From NCBI GenBank assembly GCA_038087875.1, contig JAXLNO010000343.1, positions 1 to 33,169 of the forward strand: a stretch of 33,169 nt of DNA, in the 5' to 3' direction. Made by a program: the position numbers and the translations under genes. Origin of the DNA: Malacoraja senta (Eukaryota). This document shows, piece by piece, positions 1 to 10,089 of the stretch (position 1 is its first letter; every line of letters begins with the position of its first letter). The notes under the pieces are model-generated. The model was not told the DNA's origin. It ran no database searches and was given only the letters and a program-made list of their open reading frames with translations.

Positions 1-40
1 GAGCGGGTTCTTCCCTTTTGTAGAGGGGAGTGAGTAGACG

Positions 41-45
41 CTCTC

Positions 46-76
<31 letters not shown>

Positions 77-175
77 CACACACAGACAGACAGACAGACA
101 CACAGACAGACAGCGCGGCTGACTTCCTCCACCGCTGCAGCCCCTCTCGCATGTGCTGGTGACAGCGGCGACACG

Positions 176-207
<32 letters not shown>
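41..207. repeat. Microsatellites (CT)n/(CAGA)n/(CA)n interspersed with GC-rich unique sequence
   Basis: (CT)n/CTGT at 41-75, CA/CAGA at 75-112 and (CA)n at 177-207, read directly. Confidence 0.95.
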
Positions 208-210
<3 letters not shown>

Positions 211-378
211 GCCCGGAGCAGCGCGTCAGCCCACAACCACCAACCAACAGCGCACGATTCAGGCGGAATTAGAGAACCCTCCAATCGTCAGTTCCCAAGG
301 ACAGGCAGGGCTGGATCCCACCGCTTGTGCCACTGGAAACCGCACAAGCCGCTTCTGGGAAACGCACAGAGCATGATG
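113..378. promoter_or_regulatory. CpG-rich promoter-like segment
   Basis: GC-box CCCGCCC 208-214, CGTCA half-CRE sites 224-228 and 286-290, CCAAT 281-285, STAT/GAS-type TTCTGGGAA 353-361 and many CpGs. Motif-based inference only. Confidence 0.35.
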
Positions 379-379
379 C

Positions 380-418
<39 letters not shown>

Positions 419-525
419 TAGACAGACTCACACACACACACACACACACACACACAGATAGACAGACTCACACACACACACACACACACACACACAGATA
501 GACAGACTCACACACACACACACAC

Positions 526-566
<41 letters not shown>

Positions 567-1976
567 TAGACAGACACACACACAACACACACAGATAGAC
601 AGACTCACACACACACACACACACACACACAGATAGACAGACTCACACACACACACACACACACACACAGATAGACAGACTCACACACACACACAGATAG
701 ACACTCTCACACACACACACAGATAGACAGACTCACACACACACACACACACAGATAGACAGACTCACACACACACAACACACACACAGATAGACAGACT
801 CACACACACACACACACACACACAGATAGACAGACTCACACACACACACAGATAGACACTCTCACACACACACACACACACACACAGATAGACAGACTCA
901 CACACACACACACACACAGATAGACAGACTCACACACACACACACACACACACAGATAGACAGACTCACACACACACACACACACACACACAGATAGACA
1001 GACTCACACACACACACACACAGATAGACAGACAGACATACACACACTCACACACACACACACAGATAGACAGACAGACACACACACACTCACTCACACA
1101 CACATATACACACACACAGATAGACAGACACACACACACACAGATAGACAGACAGACACACACACACACTCACACACACACACACAGATAGACAGACACA
1201 CACACACACAGATAGACAGACAAACACACACACACTCACACACACACAGATAGACAGACAGACATACACACACTCACACACACACACAGATAGACAGACA
1301 CACACACACTCACACACATACACACACGCGCATACACACACTCAACCAGACACACACACACTCACAGGCAGAGACACACACACTCACCCACACACTCACA
1401 GACACACATACACACGCATACACACACGCATACACACACTCAACCAGACACACACACACACATAGTCACAGACACACACACAGACGCACACACACACACA
1501 CACACACAGATAGACACACACACACACACAAGCACAGACGCACACACTCACCCACAGTCACAGACACACACACACGCACACACACAGACAGATAGACAGA
1601 CACACACACAGGCACAGACGCACACACACACACACACATACTCACCCACACAGTCAGACACACACACGCACACACACAGATAGACAGACACACACACACG
1701 CACACAGACAGATAGACAGACACACACACAGGCACAGACGCACACACACACACACTCACCCACACAGTCACAGACACACGCACACACACAGACAGATAGA
1801 CACACACACACAGGCACAGACGCACACACACACTCACACACATACACACACACACACACGCATACACACACTCAACCAGACACACACACAGGCAGAGACA
1901 CACACACTCACCCACACACTCACACAGACACACACACACAGGCACAGACACACACTCAGACACACACACACGCACG

Positions 1977-2015
<39 letters not shown>

Positions 2016-2070
2016 GCATATACACCCACCCACACGCAAACACATATATATACACACACACACACACACA
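379..2070. repeat. Compound (CA)n satellite with recurring spacer motifs
   Basis: (CA)n tracts punctuated by GATAGACAGACT about every 25-45 bp (418-1000). The punctuation drifts to GATAGACAGACA, CTCAACCAGA, GGCACAGACG and CTCACCCACACAGTCA further right. Confidence 0.97.
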
Positions 2071-2151
2071 TATATTCCCATATATTCCAGCACGCTTCAA
2101 GGGGATAAAACCGATCTGTTTCCATCATGCTATATTTGGAGATTGAATTAA

Positions 2152-2243
2152 CTTCTCCGGAGATGCTGCCTGACCCGCTGAGTTACTCCAGCACTCTGTG
2201 TCTATCTTCGGTGTAAGCCAGCACCTGCAGTTCCTTCCTACGC
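2152..2243 (+). mobile_element. Penelope-like element (PLE) terminal-repeat fragment
   Basis: GAGATGCTGCCTGACCCGCTGAGTTACTCCAGCA...CTGCAGTTCCTTCCTAC is the same sequence that follows the GIY-YIG remnant at 16390-16436. Confidence 0.75.
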
Positions 2244-2342
2244 ATCTCTGAAGAACTTGGGTGGACGACGTTTTGAGTCGGTTTTGCTACCCTTCAAATC
2301 TATCCCTTCATCTGACTCAAGGTAGTTTGGGGTTTAAGGAAT

Positions 2343-2430
2343 AGAGAGGGAGAGGGGGACGGAGAGAGAGAGAGAGAAAGGGAGGGAGAGAGGAAAGGAA
2401 GTTGTGAGGGAGGGGGGGGGAGAGAGAGAC

Positions 2431-2463
<33 letters not shown>

Positions 2464-2468
2464 CAGAG
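2343..2468. repeat. Purine-rich (GA)n/G-run low-complexity tract
   Basis: Direct reading. Confidence 0.95.
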
Positions 2469-2524
2469 TCGGGATTGACTATGTGAGTATTGAGCGAACG
2501 TGAAAGCGCATCTGTTTAGAACAT

Positions 2525-2693
2525 TTCAAAGACGTGCGGGTTTGCAGGTTAATTGGCCTGTATAAATTGTCCCTAGTGTGTCAGTGGTAGCCTACTACAT
2601 TGAAGCCAGAGTGAACGAGTGATCGATCAGATGATCAGTGTAAACTCAGCTGGGCTGAAGGGCCTGTTCCCATGCCGTATCTCTAAACTAAAC
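2525..2693 (+). mobile_element. HE1-type SINE, 3' half
   Basis: AAAGACGTGCGGGTTTGCAGGTTAA matches the end of the SINE at 22950-22975. It ends in the LINE-shared tail GGGCTGAAGGGCCTGTT...CTCTAAACTAAAC. Confidence 0.7.
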
Positions 2694-2703
2694 CTGAGTC
2701 TTT

Positions 2704-2860
2704 AAGGTACACAAAAATGCTGGAGAAACTCAGCGGGTGCAGCAGCATCTATGGAGCGAAGGAAATCCTTCGCTCCATAGATGCTGCTGCACCCGCTGAG
2801 TTTCTCCAGCATTTTTGTGTACCTTCGATTTTCCAGCATCTGCAGTTCCTTCTTTAACAA
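2704..2860. mobile_element. Fold-back PLE terminal-repeat insertion (perfect 60-bp inverted repeat)
   Basis: 2704-2763 is the exact reverse complement of 2766-2825. Flanking direct repeat GAGTCTTTAA at 2696-2705 and 2865-2874. Confidence 0.85.
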
Positions 2861-2970
2861 CCCCGAGTCTTTAATCTGCACTTTTAAAACATCCAGGTCG
2901 TTTCAGAGAGTAACGGGTCACAAGGTACCAACAAGCCGGCATGTTCAACGTGGCCGCCAAACGTTACTTA

Positions 2971-3070
2971 TCTGAAGAAGGGTCTCGACCCGAAACACCA
3001 CCCATCCCTTCTCTCCAGAGATGCTGCCTGTCCCGCTGAGTTAGTTACTCCAGCTTTTTCGTGTCTAACT
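2971..3070 (+). mobile_element. PLE terminal-repeat fragment starting at the hammerhead-like motif
   Basis: TCTGAAGAAGGGTCTCGACCCGAAAC(ACC)...GAGATGCTGCCTGTCCCGCTGAG; the cleavage triplet is mutated. Confidence 0.8.
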
Positions 3071-3071
3071 T

Positions 3072-3486
3072 TGCTTAGTTCAGTTTAGTTTCTTGTCACG
3101 TGTACCGAGGGACAGTGAAAAGCTTTTGTTGCGGGAGCTATCCAGTTAGTGGAAAGACAATACATGATTACAATCGATGTTGTGTTAAAGAAGGAACTGC
3201 AGATGCTGGAAAATCGAAGGTACACAAAAATGCTGGAGAAACTCAGCGGGTTGCAGCAGCATCTATGGAGCGAAGGAAATAGGTAACGTTTCGGGCCGAA
3301 ACGTTACCTATTTCCAAACAATCGAGCCGTCCACAGTGTATAGATACATGGTCAGGGAATAACGTTCATTGCAAGGTAAAGCCAGCCAGGTCCGATCAAG
3401 GATAGTCCGAGGGTCACCATTGAGGTAGATAGTAGTTCAGTACTGCTCTCCAGTTGTGGTAAGAGTGGTTCAGTTGCCTGATAACA
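3072..3486 (-). mobile_element. LINE 3' end (Rex1/Babar-like), interrupted by a PLE insertion
   Basis: The minus strand begins GTTATCAGGCAACTGAAC (VIRQLN; compare VIRLIN near 14625) and ends in a (AAACT)n tail. A second copy of this 3' UTR lies at 11380-11512 (+). Confidence 0.55.
3178..3317. mobile_element. Fold-back PLE terminal-repeat insertion
   Basis: Minus-orientation PLE end with a perfect 20-bp inverted repeat (3275-3294/3296-3315). TSD ACAATCGA at 3170-3177 and 3318-3325. Confidence 0.85.
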
Positions 3487-3810
3487 ACGTAACCAGGTTT
3501 AAAAAAAAAAATCAACACAGCTACACTTGAGTACTAAATAAGATGTTAAAGTGGATATCATTGCCTACTTGGCCAATCGTTTACATATGAATAGTTGATT
3601 GTTGGAACGGTTTGGTGATTGTGGAGTACGCCATAAAAGTAGGCAAACAAATAGTCTATCGGGCTTTTGAAGAATGGAGGTTACATTTTTTGGACCTTTT
3701 TGTAATACGGCGTTGTTTTAAAACAAACCATTCTCTGCTATCCCAGCGGATATGACTCCCTGAGTCAGGTGGATTTTAGGTAGATCGCACTCTCGAGGTT
3801 TGGGTAGATG

Positions 3811-4380
3811 TTTTTTAACCAAAAATAAATGTAATCAATTATTTATAGTAATATGTACAATACAAACAAACCCACTACCATAACACGTAAAGCAAATATT
3901 CTTACTATTTCTCCATCCTACAGTATGTATTTAAAGTGGAGAGAGTTAGAAGTAGCTCTTAGAGCTAAAGGAATCAAGGGACATGGGGAGAAAGCAGGAA
4001 CGGGGTACTGATTCTGGATGATCAGCCATGATCATATTGAATGGCGGTGCTGGCTCGAAGGCCGAATGGCCTACTCCTGCACCTACTTTCTATGTTTCTT
4101 ATTTAAGACGCAGTCCACCCCCCCACCCCCCACCCCCGGGTGCCCAGCGGTCCCCAAAATCCTCCAGGGTGCCTGTGGACAGCGCATAGTCCCTCTCTAA
4201 AGCCACACGGGCGCCGACGTGACCCCGGAAAAGGGCCAAGCAGCCGGCTCGGGCAGAACCCTCTTCCGCCTGGCGCCTTCACTCACGGACGGCCAGCTTG
4301 GCCAGGCCCAGGAGCAACCCAACCAAGACATCTTCAGCTCTTCCCTCTCCCCTATGCACAGGGTGTCCAAAGATGAGTCG
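3811..4380 (-). mobile_element. Tx1-like (L1 clade) ORF2 C-terminus plus 3' UTR, degenerate
   Basis: Minus translation from 4380: RLIFGHPVHRGEGRAEDVLVGLLLGLAKLAVRE*RRQAEEGSARAGCLALFRGHVGARVALERDYALSTGTLEDFGDRWAPG, resembling Tx1-type ORF2 ends. AT-rich 3' UTR with a short A tail at 3811-3816. Interrupted by a CR1 tail. Confidence 0.7.
3925..4097 (+). mobile_element. CR1-type LINE 3' tail
   Basis: GGAGAAAGCAGGAACGGGGTACTGA...GCTCGAAGGCCGAATGGCCTACTCCTGCACCTA matches the 3' end of the CR1 at 23812-23990. Related CR1 tails lie at about 4445-4625(-), 5153-5445(-), 6520-6875(+), 7370-8030(-), 8455-8625(+), 11888-12160(-), 18680-18957(+), 20175-20340(-), 26025-26130(+), 27210-27410(-), 27525-27770(+), 28058-28230(-) and 28915-29175(-). 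Confidence 0.85.
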
Positions 4381-4659
4381 ATATTTCAGTGTCATATTGA
4401 GGGGACACTGCACAGTCGGAGGCAAAACCTTAAACCGTGTCCTCTTCATGAGTTCATAAGTGATAGGAGGAGAATTAGGCCATTCGGCCCATCGAGTCTA
4501 TTCATGGCTGATCTATCTTTCCATCTCAACCCCAATTCTCCCCGCCTTCTCTCCATAACCACTGACACCCGTACTAATCAAAAATCTTATCATTCTCAGC
4601 CTTAAATTGGTTGGCCTCCACAAGTCTTCTCTTGCCCACGTTCAAGTTGGTGCAAACAT

Positions 4660-4952
4660 CTCTCTCACTCCCTCCCCCACTCAAGTCATCGTTCTAGCTA
4701 CAAAGTTATCTTGTTGAATCTCATTGTCTGTAACTCGTTTCCACCTAGACCACAGCTAACAATGGCCTAGTCTCCTCTATCTGTTCCTTTTTTTGCGGGT
4801 CTTTCATTCACTTGTTCTACATCTCTCGTTTCCCCTTTCCCCTGACTCTCAGTCTGAAGAAGGGTCTCGACCCGAAACGTCACCTATTCTTTTTCTCCAG
4901 AGATGCTGCCCTGACCGGTTGAGTCACTCCAGCTTCTTGTGCCTATCTTTGG
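4660..4952 (+). mobile_element. PLE 3' UTR plus terminal repeat
   Basis: Reverse-complement similarity to 17820-17975, which abuts a GIY-YIG C-terminus (CAGCTAACAATGGCCT etc.). Followed by the hammerhead-like motif and GAGATGCTGCC. Confidence 0.75.
4854..4881 (+). ncRNA. Minimal type-I hammerhead ribozyme-like motif
   Basis: CTGAAGA-A-GGGT(CTCG)ACCC-GAAAC-GTC: conserved CUGANGA and GAAA boxes, 4-bp helix II, palindromic ACGT in place of helix III, GUC triplet. Helix I is only about 2 bp (GT/AC). Confidence 0.6.
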
Positions 4953-5619
4953 TGCAGGTAACATTGATTTTTCTTGGTGTTGTGTTTGTGCTGAGAGTCA
5001 CATCTGTTTTATAGATTCAGATATTTGGGATATGACATCATGATGCAAACCGGCTACCCGCAGGAGAAAAGGGACAACTCATTAACGTTGGCATCGACGT
5101 ACTGTCATGACTTCGTGCTTTGCCAGTCAGGATGGGCATCTTTCAAATGAAGCATAGAAAGCACAGGAACAGGCCCTTTGGCCCACAATGTCGAACATGA
5201 CACCAAGACAAACTAATCTGCTCTGCCTGCACATGATCCATATCCCTCACTTCCCTGTATAGCCCCATTCCTATCTAAAAGCCCATTAAAGGCCACTATC
5301 GTATGTGCTTCCACCACCACCCCTGGCAGTGTGTTCCAGGCACTGTCCATGCACAAGAAATCTTGCCCCACACATCTCCTTTAAATTTTGCCCCTCTCAC
5401 CTTAAAACTATGTCCTCTTGCCTTTCACGTTTCCATCTCGGGAAAAGATGCATCATTGTGAGATTAAATGAGGAGCAGAATAAAACCTAGAGCAAAAGCA
5501 TGCAGGACACCTCCACTGTTTAGACGTACAAGTATATCTGGTTTAGTTTTTCCTGCACCATTCCATCCCTTGTCTGAAGCAATCTTGCATCCATTTCCCT
5601 ATGGGCTTGCTGGTTAAAA

Positions 5620-5633
5620 GCGCCACCTGGTGG
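5620..5633 (-). promoter_or_regulatory. CTCF consensus site
   Basis: The minus strand reads CCACCAGGTGGCGC, a full match to the CTCF core consensus CCASYAGRKGGCRS, in non-repetitive sequence. Confidence 0.65.
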
Positions 5634-7515
5634 ACGACCAAGCAATGTACAAGATCAGTCGATCCATTTTTTGACTTTCCAACCTTACACTTCCACCCAC
5701 AATATTAATATCAGACTGTGCTAAATAACTGCACAGAGCACAAAAGGCGTGTCAGTTTTTTTCAGGAATCATCAAGTGCAGATTATGGGCTTTACATGTA
5801 ATGAGATGTACACACAGTTCTGAGTAACTCAGCCGGTCAGGCAGCATCTACGGAGAACATGGAGAGGTGGCATTTTGGGTTGGGACCCTTCTTCATGCTT
5901 CCATTAAGTTCTATATCATGGATGCACTGAAGCATTCAACTCAGCGGCTGACGGGAACAAAGACCAAAGATAGACACAAATGCTGGAGTAACTCAGTGGG
6001 GACCGGCAGCATGTCTGGAGAGAAGGAATTGGGTGACATTTTGGGTCGAGACCCTTCCTCAGAATCAATGGGTGATGTTTCGGGTCGAGACCCTTCTTTA
6101 GACCCACCGGCCACCAAGAACAAAGACCCGGAGTGCAGCCCTTAGCCACGTGTGGTGGCAGGTCTGGTTCACCACTGCGGAGATGGACCTGGCGGGCTGC
6201 TGCCTACGTGGGGAAGCCCGGGAGACTGGAGGGTCAAGGTGGGAGCTGCTGGCGACAATGGATGGTTAGAGAGGGAGCGGGGTATTGTCTCCAGCGCCTT
6301 CAAGGTTGGATGCAGAAGGCGCCCCTGGGTCACAGAGGCGGTCGGGCGAGGGGAGGGACGTTGGATCGCTGGCCTGCAGCAGCCTGGGGTTTACCTGAGC
6401 TCACCTGGATCGTGGGAAGCTCCAGCACATCCAGCATGTGGACCAGACATTGGACTTTGGGCTGCTTCTTCTTTGTAAATGGGTGACAAGATATGGCGAC
6501 TGTGCATACGTGACAGTATAGAACAGAAGGCTGTGAAGGCCAAGTCTTTAGACAGTTTTAAGGCAGAGATAGATAGATTCTTGATTAGTACAGGTGTCAG
6601 TGGTTATGGGGAGAAGGCAGGAGAATGGGGTTAGGAGGGAGAGATAGACAATAGACAATAGACAATTTCCAACACCACATTTTAGTAAACTCTGAAATAT
6701 AAGTAACAATGCCACCAAAGTTCTGAACGCCCCACAACTGTTGTCGAGTTCCCTTGCCACAGTTTGTGTTTAGCTTAGAGATACAGCATGAAAACAATAG
6801 ATATGTCAGCCATGGCGGAGTAGACTTGATGGGTCAAATGGCATCATTCTACTCCTATCACCTTATGACCTTATGAGAACCATTGAAACCATTGAAATTC
6901 ACTCCGTATGCCTAGAGGTTATCAAGTCAAAGGTCAATGGGTAACTTTAATCACATTCACCCTAGACATGTGAAAGTAGTGGTAGACATGATTATCTGGT
7001 CCAGTTAATGCTGCAGGTGTGATCAGCAGAGGTAGACCAGGTGCAGAGAGGGAACCGATGGGAGAGCTATTATGTTCTTGACTGCACCCTAGATGATAGG
7101 ATAATGGAGGTACATGCGAAAAAACAGAATCTGGCATCAGACTGCGAATAGACTTGAATACTGAATAGTTGCAAGAAGTTCCAGGAGTTATTAAATCACA
7201 AAGCAGATATAATATTCTTAGGGAGATGGGGAAGTGTTTCTGAAACGGCCTGAATTTTGGACTGGACACTGGGAACTAATTTAGTTAGACCAGTGAATGA
7301 AGCAATACTATTTCAGTTCTGTAATTCCATCCTTAATTTCTCAAAGGACTTGTCGATAATATTTCACAACTTCATAAGTCCTAAGAGCAGAATAAGGCCA
7401 TTTGGCCCATCAAGTCTACTCCGCCTTTCTATCATGGCTGATCTATCATTCCCTCTCAACCCCATTCTCTTGCCTTCTCCCCATAACCCCTGACACCCAT
7501 TCTAATCAAGAATCT

Positions 7516-7916
7516 CCATTGAGGGGATCTATCGCAGTCGCAGCCTCAAATAGGCTGGCAGTATCATCAAGGACCCACACCATCCTGGCCACACACTCAT
7601 CTCCCCGCTACCTTCAGGTAGAAGGTACAGGAGCCTGAAGACAGCAACGACCAGGTTCAGGAATAGCTACTTCCCCACAGCCATCAGGCTATTATACTTG
7701 GCTCGGACAAAACTCAGAACATTAATAGCCCATTATCTGTATTTGCACTTGATCAGTTTATTTATTCATGTGTGTACATATTTATATAATGGTATATGGA
7801 CACACTGATCTGTTTTGTAGTCAATGACTACTATGTTCTGTTGTGTTGAAGCAAAGCAAGAATTTCATTGTCCTATCAGGGACACATGACAATAAACTCA
7901 CTTGAATCTTGAATCT
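7516..7916 (+). mobile_element. Rex1/Babar-like LINE 3' end inserted in a CR1 tail
   Basis: Translates GIYRSRSLK*AGSIIKDPHHPGHTLISPLPSGRRYRSLKTATTRFRNSYFPTAIRLL. Tail AATAAACTCA(CTTGAAT)n. GAATCT is duplicated at 7510-7515 and 7911-7916. Confidence 0.8.
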
Positions 7917-8754
7917 GTCAATATCTGCCTTAAAAAATATCCATTGACTTGGCCTCCACAGCCGTCTGTGGCAATGAATTCCACAGATTCACCACCCTCA
8001 GGCTAAAGAAATTCCTCGTCATCTCCTTTCAGGGGTGTCGGGGGTTATGGGGAGTAGGCAGGAGAATGGGGTCGAGAGGGAAAGATAGATCAGCCATGAT
8101 TGAATGCTCTGTGAACCTATGAACTTTCTAATATTTCCTGGTTCCACATTTCTAACACCACATTTCGTAAACTCTGAAATATGACAGTAACAATGAACAC
8201 TCCACAAGTGTTGTCGAGATCCCTTGCCATAGTTTGTGTTTTGCTTAGAGATACAGCATGAAAACAGGCCTTTTGGCAGACCAGTCCATGCCGTCTGAAG
8301 AAGGGTCTCGAGCCGAAACGTCACCCATTCCTTCTCTCCAGAGATGCCGCCTGTCCCGCTGAGTTACTCCGGCATTTTATTTCTATCTTCTGGCCACTTT
8401 CTTTCAGCTGGGTCTTCCTATTTCTCAATGTTCAATATTTCCAGTGATTCCACATGGAGGCAGTTATGATAGTGGCATGTAAGAGGCTTTTGATTTGGCG
8501 TATAGATATGCAGCGACTGGTGGGTTAGGGATTATGTGCAGGTAGATAAGAGATTGGCTTGGCACCACAGACATTGCGGGCCAAAGGGACCGTTTTCTGT
8601 GCCGTGCTGTCCTACGTTCTATACAGATGTGTATACATGTCAGACACACAGTTATTATTAATCTTATATAAGGATGTTGCATTTAGTGGCATCTTTTACA
8701 GGATAGTGCTATATTTTCAAAATGCAAAACATTGTCGCTTTTGTTAAATAGTAT

Positions 8755-9360
8755 AGTCAAGTCAAGTCACATTTATTTATATAGCACATTTAAAAAACAA
8801 CTCTCGTTGGCCAAAGTGCTTTACATTTGTTATAAGAATAGCATAAACAAAACAAACTACATACATATATACATGTAGCCCTCACTCAGAGGACGTCAGG
8901 AAAGACTTGGGAGTATAGATAAGTCTTTAGTCTTGAATTAAAAGAGTCGATGGAGGGGGCAGTTTTGATGGGAAGGGGGATGCTGTTCCACAGTCTAGGG
9001 GCTGCAACCGCAAAGGCGCGGTTGCCCCAGAGCTTATGCCTAGACCGTGGGATATTCAGCAACCCCAAGTCGGCCGATCTGAGGGGCCTGGAGGTGGAGT
9101 GGTGGGTGAGAAGACTTTTTATGTAGGTGGGGGCAAGCCCATTGAGGGCTTTGTAGACATGGAGGAGGATCTTGAAGTTTATACAGAACCGCACAGGGAG
9201 CCAGTGGAGAGAGGCCAGGATCGGGGCGATGTGGTCCCTTTTTTGGGTGCCCGCCAGGAGTCTCGCTGCGGCGTTTTGGACCAGTTGCAGGCGGGACAGG
9301 GAAGATTGGCTGATGCCAGTGTAAAGGGAGTTGCAGTAATCTAGGCGGGAGGAGATGAAT
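8755..9360 (-). mobile_element. L2-clade LINE, 5'-truncated (RT C-terminal region plus 3' UTR)
   Basis: Open frame 9359-8886: FISSRLDYCNSLYTGISQSSLSRLQLVQNAAARLLAGTQKRDHIAPILASLHWLPVRFCINFKILL...RAFAVAAPRLWNSIP...LKTYLY. 3' UTR TGTAAAGCACTTTG...GTGCTATATAAATAAA with a (GACTT)n tail. Confidence 0.92.
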
Positions 9361-9364
9361 GTGT

Positions 9365-9830
9365 GTATAGTGTAGTATACTATATTACATTATACTATGG
9401 TATAGTGTAATATAGTATAACATAGCATAGTATAGTATATAATATGATCTATTACAATATGGTATAGTATATTACAGTATAGTATAATATAGTGCAGTAT
9501 AGTATATAGTATAGTATAGTAGTATAGTATAGTATAGTATAGTGTAATACGGTATGGTATAGTACAGTATCGTATAGTCTAGTACAGTATAGTATAATAT
9601 AGTGCAGTATAGTATAGTATAGTACAGTATAGTATAGTACAGTCTAGTACAGTATAGTATACTATAGTGCAGTATAGTATAGTATAGTATAGTATAGTTT
9701 AGTATAGTACAGTCTAGTACAGTATAGTATACTATAGTGCAGTATAGTATAGTATAGTACAGTATAATATAGTGCAGTATAGTCTAGTACAGTATAGTAT
9801 AATATAGTGCAGTATAGTATAGTATAGTGT
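9365..9830. repeat. (TAGTA)n pentanucleotide satellite with variants (CAGTA, GTCTA, GTGCA)
   Basis: Direct reading. Confidence 0.97.
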
Positions 9831-10089
9831 ATTGGAATGTATTTTCATCACAAGCATCCAATACTATGTTTAAAGCCCCACAAAGAGATAGGAATCCACT
9901 ACCCCTGGTAGCTATGTGCCCAAAATACATTGACCTAGTTTGACAAATTGGCTCCAACAGGCTTAGAGATGATTATCATGGGAAAGTCAACACAAAAGCA
10001 CTTTAGGAGCTTTTCTTCTGTGGTTAGGGTTAACCCAGACCCGACTCATTTGGTGAACCTCTCAACTCTGAGTCAACTTGATAGGTCTT

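Noticed and set aside
418..1000. Regularly spaced GATAGACAGACT repeats resembling a CRISPR array
   Set aside because: The spacers are just (CA)n of variable length, the context is eukaryotic, and there are no cas genes.
259..2128. Cys/Val-rich minus-strand ORFs (up to 220 aa)
   Set aside because: Translations of (TG)n microsatellite; no coding signal.
2704..2825. Possible pre-miRNA or DNA-transposon MITE
   Set aside because: The arms are PLE terminal-repeat sequence, one arm extends asymmetrically, and TSD lengths vary between copies, unlike a transposase-defined MITE.
6133..6486. GC-rich overlapping ORFs of 108-117 aa
   Set aside because: No recognisable protein motif. Probably a fragment of an unclassified repeat; could not be assigned.
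6880..7365. 111-aa minus-strand ORF in non-repetitive-looking sequence
   Set aside because: No motif recognised in the frames examined; left unassigned.
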